IMG/VR virus record: IMGVR_UViG_3300028593_000003
Length of the DNA stretch: 64,000 bases
DNA from: a virus
Taxonomy: Duplodnaviria; Caudoviricetes
Reading direction: 5' to 3' (one strand)
Part shown: positions 8,049-18,257 of the stretch, piece by piece
Numbering within the stretch: position 1 is the stretch's first letter
Layout: each line of letters starts with the position of its first letter
Notes under the pieces: model-generated
Database searches by the model: none
The model's input: only the letters and a program-made list of their open reading frames with translations
What the model was told of the DNA's origin: nothing
Made by a program: the position numbers and the translations under genes

Positions 8049-9725
8049 TTATTCGGTTTCTCCCGGCGCTGGTAAAGGGCCAGCTGTTTCAATTTCTCCC
8101 TCTCCACCCGTTTCTTCTTCACCACCAAATTCCTCTTCACCACCAAATTCTTCTTCACCACCCATACCGGGCTCTTCTGGTGGTTGGAACAACTTGTCTT
8201 TTTCTTTCAGGCACTTTATATTCTCATCAATCTCAGCATCTGTCCAACCAAGATATTTTTTCATCAGGAAGTATTTGGAAAACTCCTGATTTCCAGCAAG
8301 GGCATTATAATTGGAATGGCGAACTTCAACAAATCCCTGTTCCAGAGACTCTTTGTAGTGGGAAGGTGGAACCATATTGATTGTAATCATATCCTTTTCC
8401 ACACCGTACTGTTTCTTCAAACCCTTGAATGACAAGTGCATTAAAAACAGTTCTTTGAGTTCATCACAGAACCTTCTCTGATGTTTCTCAAGAAATTTTG
8501 CCCATTTTACTTCGTCACGGGAAATTTCACCAGTATGGGAACCACCAACAACAATTTCTGCCTCTCTCTTTTCCTGACCCGCTGTAACACGGGAAGCTGG
8601 GTATTTCAATGCTCGATATAACTTTCGAGCGAAATAATAAATGTCATCCAGTTCGGAGAAACCAGCTGGATTACCACCTACAGTTTCAATGGACGATCCT
8701 CTTCCATCCGCGGACTGTGGGAGAAAGAAATTTTCCAGAATGGAAAGAACTTCTGGCTCCTGTGAGAGTTGCCCTGTCTGTGGATCATAGGTCTGTCTCT
8801 TGATGAATTTCGTCTTTATCTTCTCGACAAATTTCATCGCCTTGTCTTTAGGCATATTACCAGTATCAATCTTGAAAACAAATCTCTCCGGCGCCCTGAT
8901 AATACGGTAAATGATTACCGATGTTTCCAGAAGTTTCAGCTGGTTATATGGAACACGGGCCTTTTCAAGGTAACCAAAAACTTCGCCCTTTGTCCTACCA
9001 TAAATTCCATAGTTGACGTATCCGATCTGCTCGGGATTGAACACTATAACCTTGGGGTCTTTTTCTGCTTCATCCCTCGTTGATGGTCTTTTTACATTTG
9101 GTGCGAGATACTGATAGTAATAAAGAATATTGCCGTCTCTTGGATCATAAACATAATCCATTGTTTCGGACGGAAGTTTTTTGATTGTCTGGATGCCCTG
9201 ACTTGGCTTATTTTTATTGATAACCCTTTCATAATATACTCTGCCATCAATATAATATGTTCTCATAAGATCATCAATAACTTTATCTATATCTATTCTT
9301 CTATAAAAAAGTTCGTCAAATTCTTTATAGATATTTTTTATGACATTTTTATTTCCTGCCAGTTTTTCATCAAGTATAGCTAAACTAAAAATCTTATTCT
9401 CATTATCTGTCAAAGTGGATTCATTTACAGCGTCCTCGATGACATCCCCGATTTCGGGATATTCTGCCATTCTTCTGTATTCAAGTATTTTTGCGACCTC
9501 GGACTCAAAAACCTTGTTTATGTATCGGTTATAAAAGGTATTCAGGTTACCATAACCAAGGGAACCATAACCGGATATGAGAAGATAGTCCTCAACACCC
9601 TCTCCTCTTACAGCATCCGCTTCTGCGTGTGTGGGAAGATCACCTTTTCCCACAAACACTTTCATGGATTCATCCAACCTTACATCTTCATCTTTTTTAC
9701 CAAATAAACGGTCATACCACGCCAT
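8049..9725 (-). CDS. Portal vertex protein (T4 gp20-like)
   Basis: YRRMAEYPEI, YIDGR, NQLKLLETSVIIYRIIRAPERFVFKIDTGNMPK, LYRALKYPASR, EISRDEVKWAKF. Confidence 0.97.
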   Translation of the reverse strand: MAWYDRLFGKKDEDVRLDESMKVFVGKGDLPTHAEADAVRGEGVEDYLLISGYGSLGYGNLNTFYNRYINKVFESEVAKILEYRRMAEYPEIGDVIEDAVNESTLTDNENKIFSLAILDEKLAGNKNVIKNIYKEFDELFYRRIDIDKVIDDLMRTYYIDGRVYYERVINKNKPSQGIQTIKKLPSETMDYVYDPRDGNILYYYQYLAPNVKRPSTRDEAEKDPKVIVFNPEQIGYVNYGIYGRTKGEVFGYLEKARVPYNQLKLLETSVIIYRIIRAPERFVFKIDTGNMPKDKAMKFVEKIKTKFIKRQTYDPQTGQLSQEPEVLSILENFFLPQSADGRGSSIETVGGNPAGFSELDDIYYFARKLYRALKYPASRVTAGQEKREAEIVVGGSHTGEISRDEVKWAKFLEKHQRRFCDELKELFLMHLSFKGLKKQYGVEKDMITINMVPPSHYKESLEQGFVEVRHSNYNALAGNQEFSKYFLMKKYLGWTDAEIDENIKCLKEKDKLFQPPEEPGMGGEEEFGGEEEFGGEEETGGEGEIETAGPLPAPGETE

Positions 9726-10125
9726 CAGATTTCTCCTCTATCAAAGCCTTATCCTGTTCTTCCTGCTTCTTCAATTCCATAACTCTTATCTGTCTTTGTC
9801 TTTCTTCAACAAATTTTGTCAGATCAACCCCGATATTTCTTCCTATAACGTGAGCGACAACCTCAGTCCAAACTGTTTCGTTTCTCAAATGTTCCTGCGC
9901 TTTTTCCACTCCGACAAGACGATTACTCAACTCCTGTATCAATATCATTGTCCGTATCGGTGCACAATCTGCTACAAGTATTGGTGTCTGATCTCCATCG
10001 AGTGGGTTGGGTTTCCACCAACTTTCAATGAAATTTGGACATTTTCTCACTTCCCCGAATAATTCATACATCCCACAAACAGCCTTTCCTGTTTTCTCAT
10101 CTATTGGGTTACAAGTTCCTTTCAT
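9712..10125 (-). CDS. Hypothetical Cys-containing protein (possible fibre assembly protein)
   Basis: 137-aa ORF next to a fibre gene. Confidence 0.55.
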   Translation of the reverse strand: MKGTCNPIDEKTGKAVCGMYELFGEVRKCPNFIESWWKPNPLDGDQTPILVADCAPIRTMILIQELSNRLVGVEKAQEHLRNETVWTEVVAHVIGRNIGVDLTKFVEERQRQIRVMELKKQEEQDKALIEEKSDGVV

Positions 10126-10128
10126 AAA

Positions 10129-10926
10129 TTAATCCTTTTCAACAATTATTCCTACATTTGCTAACATTCTCCAGCTTGATACATCCGATTTAGCACCGAG
10201 TGTATGTGTATGTGATCCAGCTAATCCGGTATCACCGTGAGAGTGTGGTTGACTACCTCCGGTTGCATTTGTATATGGGGAATAGTCCTGCATACCTACA
10301 CTTGCACTAAAATTGAGAACACCATATCCACCACAAACTCTGCCCATATAGTGAGTGTGACTTGGCATTTCATCAACCGTCAATGTGTGAGATGGTGTCG
10401 TATGTTGATGATCTGATTGTGTAGATATTGTGTGGTTATGACCAGCAAGTGTCCATGTTCCTCTCTGGACACCACCGGAAACATTATATGCTTCCGTTCC
10501 TCCCTTTACAGCAAGAAGAGCATCGGATGTACCCGCCACAATTGTCCATCCTGTGGGGGCTGTGTCCTCATAAATCCATAATTTTCTACCGGAAGTCAAG
10601 AAATTATTCAAATTGGAGATAAGAACATTGGTTGCCGTATTTAATCCTATAGTGATATTATCGCCACTCGTAGTTATGGTCGTATTGTTACCTTCAACCA
10701 ATGTAAGAGTATCATCGACATCATCAGCTTCAACGGTAGTCTGTCCAGCAACAGCAATTTTCTGAAATATGTAGATCGGCATCCATTGAGAATTATCTGC
10801 ATAATAGAGGATACCGCTTGTCGTATTATAGACCAATCTACCGATAAAAGAGGCTTCCCAAGTAGGAAGCGTGGAAAGTCTTTCACACCAGACTTTTCCC
10901 TGAGTGTCTATTTCGTGAAATTTCAT
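10129..10926 (-). CDS. Tail fibre/appendage protein
   Basis: Shared N-module (LPTW...GRLVYN); APTGWT collar-like motif; repeated HxH needle motifs (HNH, HQH, HTH). Confidence 0.75.
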   Translation of the reverse strand: MKFHEIDTQGKVWCERLSTLPTWEASFIGRLVYNTTSGILYYADNSQWMPIYIFQKIAVAGQTTVEADDVDDTLTLVEGNNTTITTSGDNITIGLNTATNVLISNLNNFLTSGRKLWIYEDTAPTGWTIVAGTSDALLAVKGGTEAYNVSGGVQRGTWTLAGHNHTISTQSDHQHTTPSHTLTVDEMPSHTHYMGRVCGGYGVLNFSASVGMQDYSPYTNATGGSQPHSHGDTGLAGSHTHTLGAKSDVSSWRMLANVGIIVEKD

Positions 10927-10961
10927 TTCTTATCCCCCGATAATATAGTATATTTCTCTTA

Positions 10962-10969
10962 TATTTATA
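10962..10969 (-). promoter_or_regulatory. T4-type late promoter
   Basis: TATAAATA upstream of the fibre and portal genes. Confidence 0.7.
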
Positions 10970-10973
10970 AAAA

Positions 10974-13900
10974 TCATAGTATTTTATCAATACTTTCTAT
11001 AATAACATCGGGAGCAATGGTTCTCGAACATTCATATTTTTTATTTCTTGGGCACCACAACCAATTTCCCCTGTCATATGGATGCTTTATATCATTATAA
11101 CAACCTCTGCAAACACCTTCAGGCGGAACAATTCTTATGCAATCCTTCATTTCAGACCATGGCTCTGAGAAACCAGAAATAAGTATAGTTGGAATATTCA
11201 ATGCCCATGAAAGCCAAGATAGACCTGACCCCACACCAATGAAAAGTTTCGAATTGTAGATATTATTGATTGTTTGTTGAATTGTTGAATTTGTCCTGTC
11301 AACAATACCGGATAATTGAGTTGTCTCCTTGCTCACAACCATTACATCATATCCCTTTTCTTTTATATAATTGATGATTATTTGCCAGCCCAGAGGATAA
11401 TGCCATCTTTTACAGAGTAGGGTTGAGTGCTCAGAAATTGTAACATATGGCTTTTTCACATTTTTCTTCTCTGCTGTTATCTTCGGTTTTATCTCTTCAT
11501 AATCAAGACCAAGATAGTCCGTAGCAACTTTCTGTAATGGAACCAATCTCCAATTGTTTTTGTTTGAATGATAGTCATTATCCCTACATCCCACGGTATA
11601 GAAAATATTGGGTTTCAATGCGCCCGGCTCCACAAATCTCAAATCGGGATATTCCTTCTCAAATATTTTATTCCAGAATGTTGACACATAAAAGTCCTTA
11701 CACCCATGTTTTTCTTTGAAAACTTTAGCATATGGAAACCAAGCTAATGTATCGCCCAGTGCTTTACTGTCAAAATATACAAGAACTTTATCATTTACAA
11801 AATCCGGCTCAAATATTTTATAAGGAGCTTCATTCTTATCAATTAAAATGTTCCAATTTACATAATATCTTGCATTTGGAGCGACCCAATGATTTGGCCT
11901 TATTGTGCCTCTATGTATAATCAGATCGACATCTTTATCAGTAAATGTTACTCTATATTCAGCATCACTTTTGCCGATAATTTCAACTTTTACCCCATCA
12001 ATATATGTTACCTTTATCAAATCTTCCTGCTCTATCCATCCCTTATCATCAAACGAGTTCCATTTCCTACATACTAATCTTCCGTCTTTGAACTTGAAAT
12101 TAGTCTTTGTATAATCCTTACCTGCTTCTCTATCCACTATTTTATGTGACCATTTTCTTGTTTTGGTGTTCACTAAAAATTCAACAACTCGGCCGTCTAT
12201 AGTTTCAGATAAAAATGTTCTCTCATCCGGTTCTTTATCTCCCTGATCGACCAGATTTCTATTCTTGATGATTTTATATTTCATGTCATCTTTGGTGAAT
12301 AGAAAAATATCATCTGGCTTCGAATGTGCCTCAAAATAATTATATAACCAATTTTCGAAAATGAGATCAATTCTGATTTTCGTTTTTTCTGACGCTTCTG
12401 CAATCAATTTATTATAGTCAGACCACGATGAAATATCCATCAATCTCTCATTCATCCACTTAATGTCAAATGAAAAAAGATTAGCGATTATTCCATATGT
12501 AGGATCAATGCCCGGAACCTTCCGTGGATTTTGTTCTTCATCATATATAAAACCAACCATTTTATATTTTTCTAATTTTTTTCTGGCTTCTACAAGATAA
12601 AGATCGAGGTCTATATCAATATCAAACTCAATAAAATGCGCTATATCATATTGAGAGAGAAGCCTGACAGCATTTACCATAGAGGAATAACAAGCAGCTC
12701 CATGATATTTTGTTTCGTACTGTGAAACAATTTTCACTTCCTCGTTCTGAAACCAATAATTCAGGTTCCACCCATCACTCATAATATTGTTAGCATCATA
12801 AATGTAATAGTTTACCATCTTCTGTATTTCTACAGAAATTGGATAATGAGATACAAGAAGAACGGGAAATCCCCTTTCCTGTATTTCCTCTATCATTCCT
12901 TTTGTGAGTTCCTCTTTCTCGGGCAAGTCGGGGTAAGTGTCAATGATGAAAATTTCTTTTGGTTCTTTTTTTGTTGCCTCCATAAGGATGCATTGCTGGT
13001 CATGCGACCAGACATTTCTCATTTTTATATCTCTAAAGCCGGCTTCTCTCAATAAAGTTTCCAACCTATGTTTCGTAAAGCCGATTTTATGTTGTTCACC
13101 CTCGTTTGTCTGTAACCCAAAAATTGTATCAAGATGAAAATCCCATTTTTCATCTTCTGGTTTATCAAGCCAAGTTTTCACGACCCATTCAAAATCAGGA
13201 ACTTCAAATACGAGTTTGCCATTCATATCCAATACACGATAACATTCTTTGAGAACAGCAGGCACTTCATATCTATTGAAATGCTCCAATAAATGTGACG
13301 AATAAACTTCCTCAAATGTATTATCGTTATAGGGGATATCCTGAGCGTCAAAATTTATATCAGCTTTTTTATCAAATTTATCTGCATTGATATAACCTAT
13401 TCTAATTCTATCGCCACAACCTAAATTTAATTTTTTTGTTTCAACTTTTCTGCCTTTTGTTTTACCGGAACCAAACTCTTCTAATATAACAAGTGCCTTA
13501 TCAACTGCCTTTTCCCAAGTAAAATCTCTTCGTATTATTTCAGATTGTTTGAGTGCTTTTTCTTTACAGATTGTGTAATTTTCGTATACCTCTCTCATCA
13601 CCCGCTTCAGATGATCAAAATCTGGTTCTGCCCATTCGCCCGGTGTGTCCTTCTGCATAAAAACATTTTCGGGGGCTCTCAATTCTTTTATGTTTACCAG
13701 ATTGGAAGCATCTTTACAGAACTCAAGTTGTGCGCCCCAATTTGAAGCAATTGTAGGAATGCCTGTAGCGATACCCTGAATGAGAGGGAGATTCCATCCC
13801 TCAGACCTTGCACAAGTCACAAGACAATGACAGGAACGAAGATAAGAAAGATAAAGATCATCACTTTCTGGAAGCCCTGTCACGATTTTTATTCGTGGAT

Positions 13901-15131
13901 CAATAAGTTTATGTCCTTTCAATCTTTCTTGCGTCGAGCCGTATTCGTCCTGTTTGAAAGGATTTTCAACTTGACATATAATATCCACCGGCTCATCATT
14001 CTTGAACTCTTCAATGAAGGCCCTCAAAATTTCTGTGGTTGCTTTCCTGTAATCCCATCGGCCGCAAAGAAGAAATTTGAACCTATCATCCTTCAATACT
14101 TTTATTGGTGGATCGCCGGGGCAGAAAAGATTTCCATTCACTCCCTCTGGAACCACAAATATCTTGTCTGCTGGATATCCCTGTTCTATCGTACACCATC
14201 TCTGCCAATGTGTCGGAACCCACAACATATCATATTCAAGTAACTTGTGAAAAAACTGTTCCGGTTGTCTCGTACTCTCCCATACATTATACGCAACTTT
14301 TGGCCCATCATAGTTCTCGTAGAAGTAATAATGATTTGTTTCCATCAAGATGATGTTTATGGGCCTGTGATAATACGCTCTATTGAGAGGCAACCCTACT
14401 TTATATGGTGGTTGGTTCCAAGTCTGCTCAATAATCATATTCTTCTGTTTATCAGAGAGATGTGACAAGTCGGGAGTATAGGCAAAATTCCTTATTCTCA
14501 CCGTAAGATGATCTGCTAATCTTGTAAAAAATTCTCTTGCATGGGATGCATATCCTGTATGTGGAACAAAACTACAATGACCAAGAACAAGGTCAAATGG
14601 AAAGGGTTTATCAAGTTTTACTAATGGTATATCTTTCATCTTTTCACCTTTTACACCATAAAATAATATCCCCTTTTCGGGGTCATCTTCTACAATAATA
14701 TTTTCCATATCGGAAAAAATCTCTTTGAAATTATCTCCGGTAAATCTCCAATAATCATCAGGCCAATCGTGAATGGGGAAACCGGGCGCTCTTGTAGTAA
14801 TAATAAGTTTGCCGCCTATACGGAGAACAGACTTCATATTCTCTATGGCGGCCTTCCAATTTTGAATATGTTCAAGAACCTCTGTGCAAATTACGATATC
14901 AAATCTGTTCTTGCCATACTTTTTTACAAGATGTTGAACATCACATATTTCATCAACACCTTTACCCTCGACTATATCCGTTCCAATATATCTCTTTGGT
15001 TTATATCTCTCTACATAATACCTTGCAGAACCATTGAAATCGAGAGAACCAACTTCAAGAATGGATTTACCGGATATATCTTCTGGCCTCAAACATTTTT
15101 CTACAAAAAACAGGCAGGCTGAATTGCACAT
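10974..15131 (-). CDS. Multidomain SAM-methyltransferase / GT4 glycosyltransferase / methyltransferase / TibC(Aah)-like O-heptosyltransferase
   Basis: ILEVGS...CTEVLEH; GT-B (GRWDYRK, RSEGWNLP); LNLGCG...SHLLEH; C-terminal SKALGDTLAWFPY, FIGVGSGLSWLSWA, ISGFS, CRGC...WCPR...EC iron-finger pattern. Confidence 0.8.
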   Translation of the reverse strand: MCNSACLFFVEKCLRPEDISGKSILEVGSLDFNGSARYYVERYKPKRYIGTDIVEGKGVDEICDVQHLVKKYGKNRFDIVICTEVLEHIQNWKAAIENMKSVLRIGGKLIITTRAPGFPIHDWPDDYWRFTGDNFKEIFSDMENIIVEDDPEKGILFYGVKGEKMKDIPLVKLDKPFPFDLVLGHCSFVPHTGYASHAREFFTRLADHLTVRIRNFAYTPDLSHLSDKQKNMIIEQTWNQPPYKVGLPLNRAYYHRPINIILMETNHYYFYENYDGPKVAYNVWESTRQPEQFFHKLLEYDMLWVPTHWQRWCTIEQGYPADKIFVVPEGVNGNLFCPGDPPIKVLKDDRFKFLLCGRWDYRKATTEILRAFIEEFKNDEPVDIICQVENPFKQDEYGSTQERLKGHKLIDPRIKIVTGLPESDDLYLSYLRSCHCLVTCARSEGWNLPLIQGIATGIPTIASNWGAQLEFCKDASNLVNIKELRAPENVFMQKDTPGEWAEPDFDHLKRVMREVYENYTICKEKALKQSEIIRRDFTWEKAVDKALVILEEFGSGKTKGRKVETKKLNLGCGDRIRIGYINADKFDKKADINFDAQDIPYNDNTFEEVYSSHLLEHFNRYEVPAVLKECYRVLDMNGKLVFEVPDFEWVVKTWLDKPEDEKWDFHLDTIFGLQTNEGEQHKIGFTKHRLETLLREAGFRDIKMRNVWSHDQQCILMEATKKEPKEIFIIDTYPDLPEKEELTKGMIEEIQERGFPVLLVSHYPISVEIQKMVNYYIYDANNIMSDGWNLNYWFQNEEVKIVSQYETKYHGAACYSSMVNAVRLLSQYDIAHFIEFDIDIDLDLYLVEARKKLEKYKMVGFIYDEEQNPRKVPGIDPTYGIIANLFSFDIKWMNERLMDISSWSDYNKLIAEASEKTKIRIDLIFENWLYNYFEAHSKPDDIFLFTKDDMKYKIIKNRNLVDQGDKEPDERTFLSETIDGRVVEFLVNTKTRKWSHKIVDREAGKDYTKTNFKFKDGRLVCRKWNSFDDKGWIEQEDLIKVTYIDGVKVEIIGKSDAEYRVTFTDKDVDLIIHRGTIRPNHWVAPNARYYVNWNILIDKNEAPYKIFEPDFVNDKVLVYFDSKALGDTLAWFPYAKVFKEKHGCKDFYVSTFWNKIFEKEYPDLRFVEPGALKPNIFYTVGCRDNDYHSNKNNWRLVPLQKVATDYLGLDYEEIKPKITAEKKNVKKPYVTISEHSTLLCKRWHYPLGWQIIINYIKEKGYDVMVVSKETTQLSGIVDRTNSTIQQTINNIYNSKLFIGVGSGLSWLSWALNIPTILISGFSEPWSEMKDCIRIVPPEGVCRGCYNDIKHPYDRGNWLWCPRNKKYECSRTIAPDVIIESIDKIL

Positions 15132-15545
15132 TTATAATAATAGTCCGATAAGTATTCCTACCCCAATCAATCCAGCATATTCCATTATCTGATACATCAT
15201 ATTGGGTTTGGATTGTTTCAATTGTTTCTCGTAGGCTTCTCCCTGTGATTTGATGGTGTCCTGTAAAACTTCAACTGTTTTCTTTGATGCTTCCAATTGT
15301 TGTTGTTGAAGATCAACGATCTCCCTCATCAGTTTTACTTGTTTATACAGTTCAGCGTTCTGATCCTTGAGTACCTGAAGCTCTTCCTTCATAATATTGG
15401 CTCTCTCAAGTTCGACAACTATCTTTGCTGCATTTTCCTCTGATAAACAGACTTCTTCTGCAAAAGAAACATTAGCGAACAGGAGGATACCCAAGATCAG
15501 TAAGCCTGCGCTTAGTTTCCGCAACACTTGTGGGTGTCTGAACAT
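15132..15545 (-). CDS. Secreted coiled-coil protein with C-terminal TM (spanin-like)
   Basis: Signal-peptide-like LLILGILLFANVSFA, coiled coil, hydrophobic C-terminus; overlaps the upstream gene in the lysis cassette. Confidence 0.5.
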   Translation of the reverse strand: MFRHPQVLRKLSAGLLILGILLFANVSFAEEVCLSEENAAKIVVELERANIMKEELQVLKDQNAELYKQVKLMREIVDLQQQQLEASKKTVEVLQDTIKSQGEAYEKQLKQSKPNMMYQIMEYAGLIGVGILIGLLL

Positions 15546-15828
15546 TTTGATACTTTGCCTCCAATTCTTTTACTTTAGTACGAAGCTTCTTCGCCTCTGC
15601 TTGTGATTTGTTCAATTGAATCCTGTAGCTCTCAATCTGAGCTTCCTTATTCTTCAATTCCTCATCGTATTGATCTTTTATTTCCTGTGACCTATCAGTA
15701 AAGATTCCCTGAAGAAGGCCGGGAACCGCTCCCCAATGTTTATAAGCATAGGCCCCACCAGTAATCAATCCAATCACAGCTACAAAGATTATCAATACCG
15801 TTTTGAACTTTACTATAAAATTCCACAT
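15472..15828 (-). CDS. i-spanin-like protein
   Basis: N-terminal TM followed by a coiled coil; directly after the endolysin. Confidence 0.55.
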   Translation of the reverse strand: MWNFIVKFKTVLIIFVAVIGLITGGAYAYKHWGAVPGLLQGIFTDRSQEIKDQYDEELKNKEAQIESYRIQLNKSQAEAKKLRTKVKELEAKYQNVQTPTSVAETKRRLTDLGYPPVR

Positions 15829-15837
15829 AAAAACCTC

Positions 15838-16437
15838 TTACCAAAATTTCATTCGGTCAATATTCTGACCTCTGTATTTTTTCCCGTAATTATAAACTTT
15901 TATGGAGTAATCGTAATTCACTTCACAAAAACTCAGATATCCCCACTTGAACTGGACACCTCCTCTTTTACAGGCGTTTCTCATATCCACCCATTGTTCG
16001 TTTCCGGCTCTCTTATATTCCTTCTTGAGATTTCCCCATCCACCATTATACGCCTGATATGTCAACCACAATTTCTTTCCTTCACCAAAGTTCTGACGAT
16101 GAAGGTATGACATATAAAATGCCTGCATCTTTATCGCATGTTCAGGATTGTACGGGTCAAGGTCATATTCACCCATCAATTTCCTGACATACTTTGTCGT
16201 TGCTGGCATAAACTGTGCGACACCCTGACCCGCATCAAATGCTGTCACCTTTGTCCTGCAACAACTTTCCTGTCTCAATTGTCCAAGTCCATACCACCAC
16301 GGATATTGCAAACCAAAATACCTGATGTGTTGTGCTCTCACATCCGGTACAAAATCATCGCACCTGTCAAGTGACAATGAATTAGCTGGAAGTAGTATCA
16401 GTACCAGTATTATCAGTAATTTTAAGAGATTTTGCAT
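15838..16437 (-). CDS. Endolysin, lytic transglycosylase (SLT) with N-terminal signal
   Basis: RQES catalytic motif, GQGVAQFMP, AYNGGWG; hydrophobic N-terminus. Confidence 0.9.
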   Translation of the reverse strand: MQNLLKLLIILVLILLPANSLSLDRCDDFVPDVRAQHIRYFGLQYPWWYGLGQLRQESCCRTKVTAFDAGQGVAQFMPATTKYVRKLMGEYDLDPYNPEHAIKMQAFYMSYLHRQNFGEGKKLWLTYQAYNGGWGNLKKEYKRAGNEQWVDMRNACKRGGVQFKWGYLSFCEVNYDYSIKVYNYGKKYRGQNIDRMKFW

Positions 16438-16651
16438 CTACAACATACTCCACGGTTTTCTTTACCGACCATATTCCAAAAGAGGCGGAAAAGAACCATA
16501 TCATAATATGCTGGAGAGCAAGGATACCCTGTCTGATTTCCTTGTCTATTATACCACATATTATGAGTATAAGGAAGGTAAATGTTATCAAAGCATTGAT
16601 AAATCCACCTCTTATGGTCTTTTCCTTTTTGTCGAGAATATAGTCTATCAT
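16382..16651 (-). CDS. Two-TM membrane protein (holin/antiholin-like)
   Basis: TGATG-coupled start MIDYILDKKEK; two hydrophobic segments. Confidence 0.55.
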   Translation of the reverse strand: MIDYILDKKEKTIRGGFINALITFTFLILIICGIIDKEIRQGILALQHIMIWFFSASFGIWSVKKTVEYVVDAKSLKITDNTGTDTTSS

Positions 16652-16989
16652 CAGCCGCCTCTTGCCCATGCGAAGATTATGATCAAATACCAACCGATAA
16701 TCATCAATTTTTTATATGGGTCTGTCTCCTCGCTAAAGTCGATATATTTCCAGAGTATCTTTCTTGTAATGTGTGCGTGAAGAATACCGGCTGAAATGAA
16801 CATCAACTTGCCGAGGAAAATGCTGATAAGGCCGATTTTCGGGTTATCCGAAATGAGTTCAGATGATGGAATAAAATAAAGAAGAAGAATAATAGAAAGA
16901 AGAGCCAGAGTATCAAGACCCGTTCTTTTCAGATTAAACCAGAAATTACTCCAAAAACTGAAACCATTACCATTTTCACCATTCGCCAT
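16651..16989 (-). CDS. Holin-like protein (3 TM)
   Basis: Three hydrophobic helices; RBS GGAGGTG; first gene of the lysis cassette. Confidence 0.65.
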   Translation of the reverse strand: MANGENGNGFSFWSNFWFNLKRTGLDTLALLSIILLLYFIPSSELISDNPKIGLISIFLGKLMFISAGILHAHITRKILWKYIDFSEETDPYKKLMIIGWYLIIIFAWARGG

Positions 16990-17009
16990 ATTTTCACCTC
17001 CTTACATAT

Positions 17010-18248
17010 TTATTTTATTACTTTGTTCTTCATATAGACCAACGGGATTACCTGTGGGGGTTGCCCCGTATAATCTGTAAACTCAATTTTCAATTTCGGG
17101 GCATATGCGTATTTACCCACATAATATGGACTGTCTCCAGCAAGTGATGTCACTTGTAAAGTAGTATTCGGAACCGATACATAAGTTTCAAAGCCCATCA
17201 ACATAATTGCGTTTCCCTGTCTGTAGCCAAGTTTATTGATAGCTTCTTGGAGTGGTTCCGTAAAACCGGATGCCATCAAATACCAAGTCCAGGCAACCAT
17301 ATCTGTAGTCCACGCAATATTGTGATACTTGGTTGTCTTGACGAGGGCGGCCCAGGCATCTTCATCTCCGTTAGGCGGAGAAATTGCATTATTGATGTAA
17401 TTTGCATATATATCGTAACTTACATCGAGGGTCTGTGATACTGATGTACTGAATTGATATAGATTAGCTGATGTAATTATAGACCTTCTCGGAATATCAC
17501 AGTTCGGAAATCTCAATCCCCAATCCCAAAAAAAGGGTTGCCCAAAATAGGTGCTTGCCCCCCAAGGAAGAAAACCATAGCTTGAAGGTGGAACCTCAAG
17601 ATCATCAACGGCCGGGTTTGTCGGACATCTCCACGCCGACATAATATCGGTTGTTGATTGTGCCTGACCATACCATTTGTTCTCGACTGTAAATGTAATA
17701 ACCAAGACCGGGGTTTTCCCCGCTCCACCAGCGGTTCCTTGTATTGTGCGATAAACTCCACTATCAGAACCATTGTCCTGAATACCAATCAGTATAAAAT
17801 CACCTTCAGACCATCCCGCACCGGAAATCTTTTCCTGTACAAGTGATGTTATAGAAGGAGTATTTCTTTTTGCAGTAAGGCTCGGGCCCGAGCCGGCAAA
17901 AGCCTCCACATTGTTCCACGCGACTGTAGTGTCGCTCCAGACTATAGTATCATATTCAACGTGATTTGTGGGGGCCGTAGATGTATATCTCGCTACTTTT
18001 ATAATTGCATTACAGGTATGTACTGTAACTGAATTGCCTCCCAAAAGTGTTATATACGCACTGTTTATTGTGGCTCCCTGTGGAATGTAAATGGGCCCAA
18101 ATCTTATGAAGGCATCGTAAGTATACAAACCGCCTGGCCAGCCAACGGATGCCTGGCCCGCAGTAAATGAGTTTAAACTCCACGCATATCCTATATTGGC
18201 ATTTTTATAATCAATACCAAAACTCAATGTAGAGGTAATAGACGCCAT
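17010..18248 (-). CDS. Virion appendage protein with two beta-sandwich (DNRLRE-like) domains
   Basis: Two copies of RF...IP....I.SA ... (V/L)QE ... P.L.I.F. Confidence 0.6.
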   Translation of the reverse strand: MASITSTLSFGIDYKNANIGYAWSLNSFTAGQASVGWPGGLYTYDAFIRFGPIYIPQGATINSAYITLLGGNSVTVHTCNAIIKVARYTSTAPTNHVEYDTIVWSDTTVAWNNVEAFAGSGPSLTAKRNTPSITSLVQEKISGAGWSEGDFILIGIQDNGSDSGVYRTIQGTAGGAGKTPVLVITFTVENKWYGQAQSTTDIMSAWRCPTNPAVDDLEVPPSSYGFLPWGASTYFGQPFFWDWGLRFPNCDIPRRSIITSANLYQFSTSVSQTLDVSYDIYANYINNAISPPNGDEDAWAALVKTTKYHNIAWTTDMVAWTWYLMASGFTEPLQEAINKLGYRQGNAIMLMGFETYVSVPNTTLQVTSLAGDSPYYVGKYAYAPKLKIEFTDYTGQPPQVIPLVYMKNKVIK

Positions 18249-18257
18249 AAAAACCTC

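Noticed and set aside
8100-8165. GGEEEF repeat at the portal C-terminus
   Set aside because: Low-complexity acidic tails are ordinary for gp20-like portals.
16651-16989. C-terminal GG as a ubiquitin-like substrate for the E1
   Set aside because: It is a three-TM holin-like protein, not a beta-grasp fold, and lies 45 kb away.
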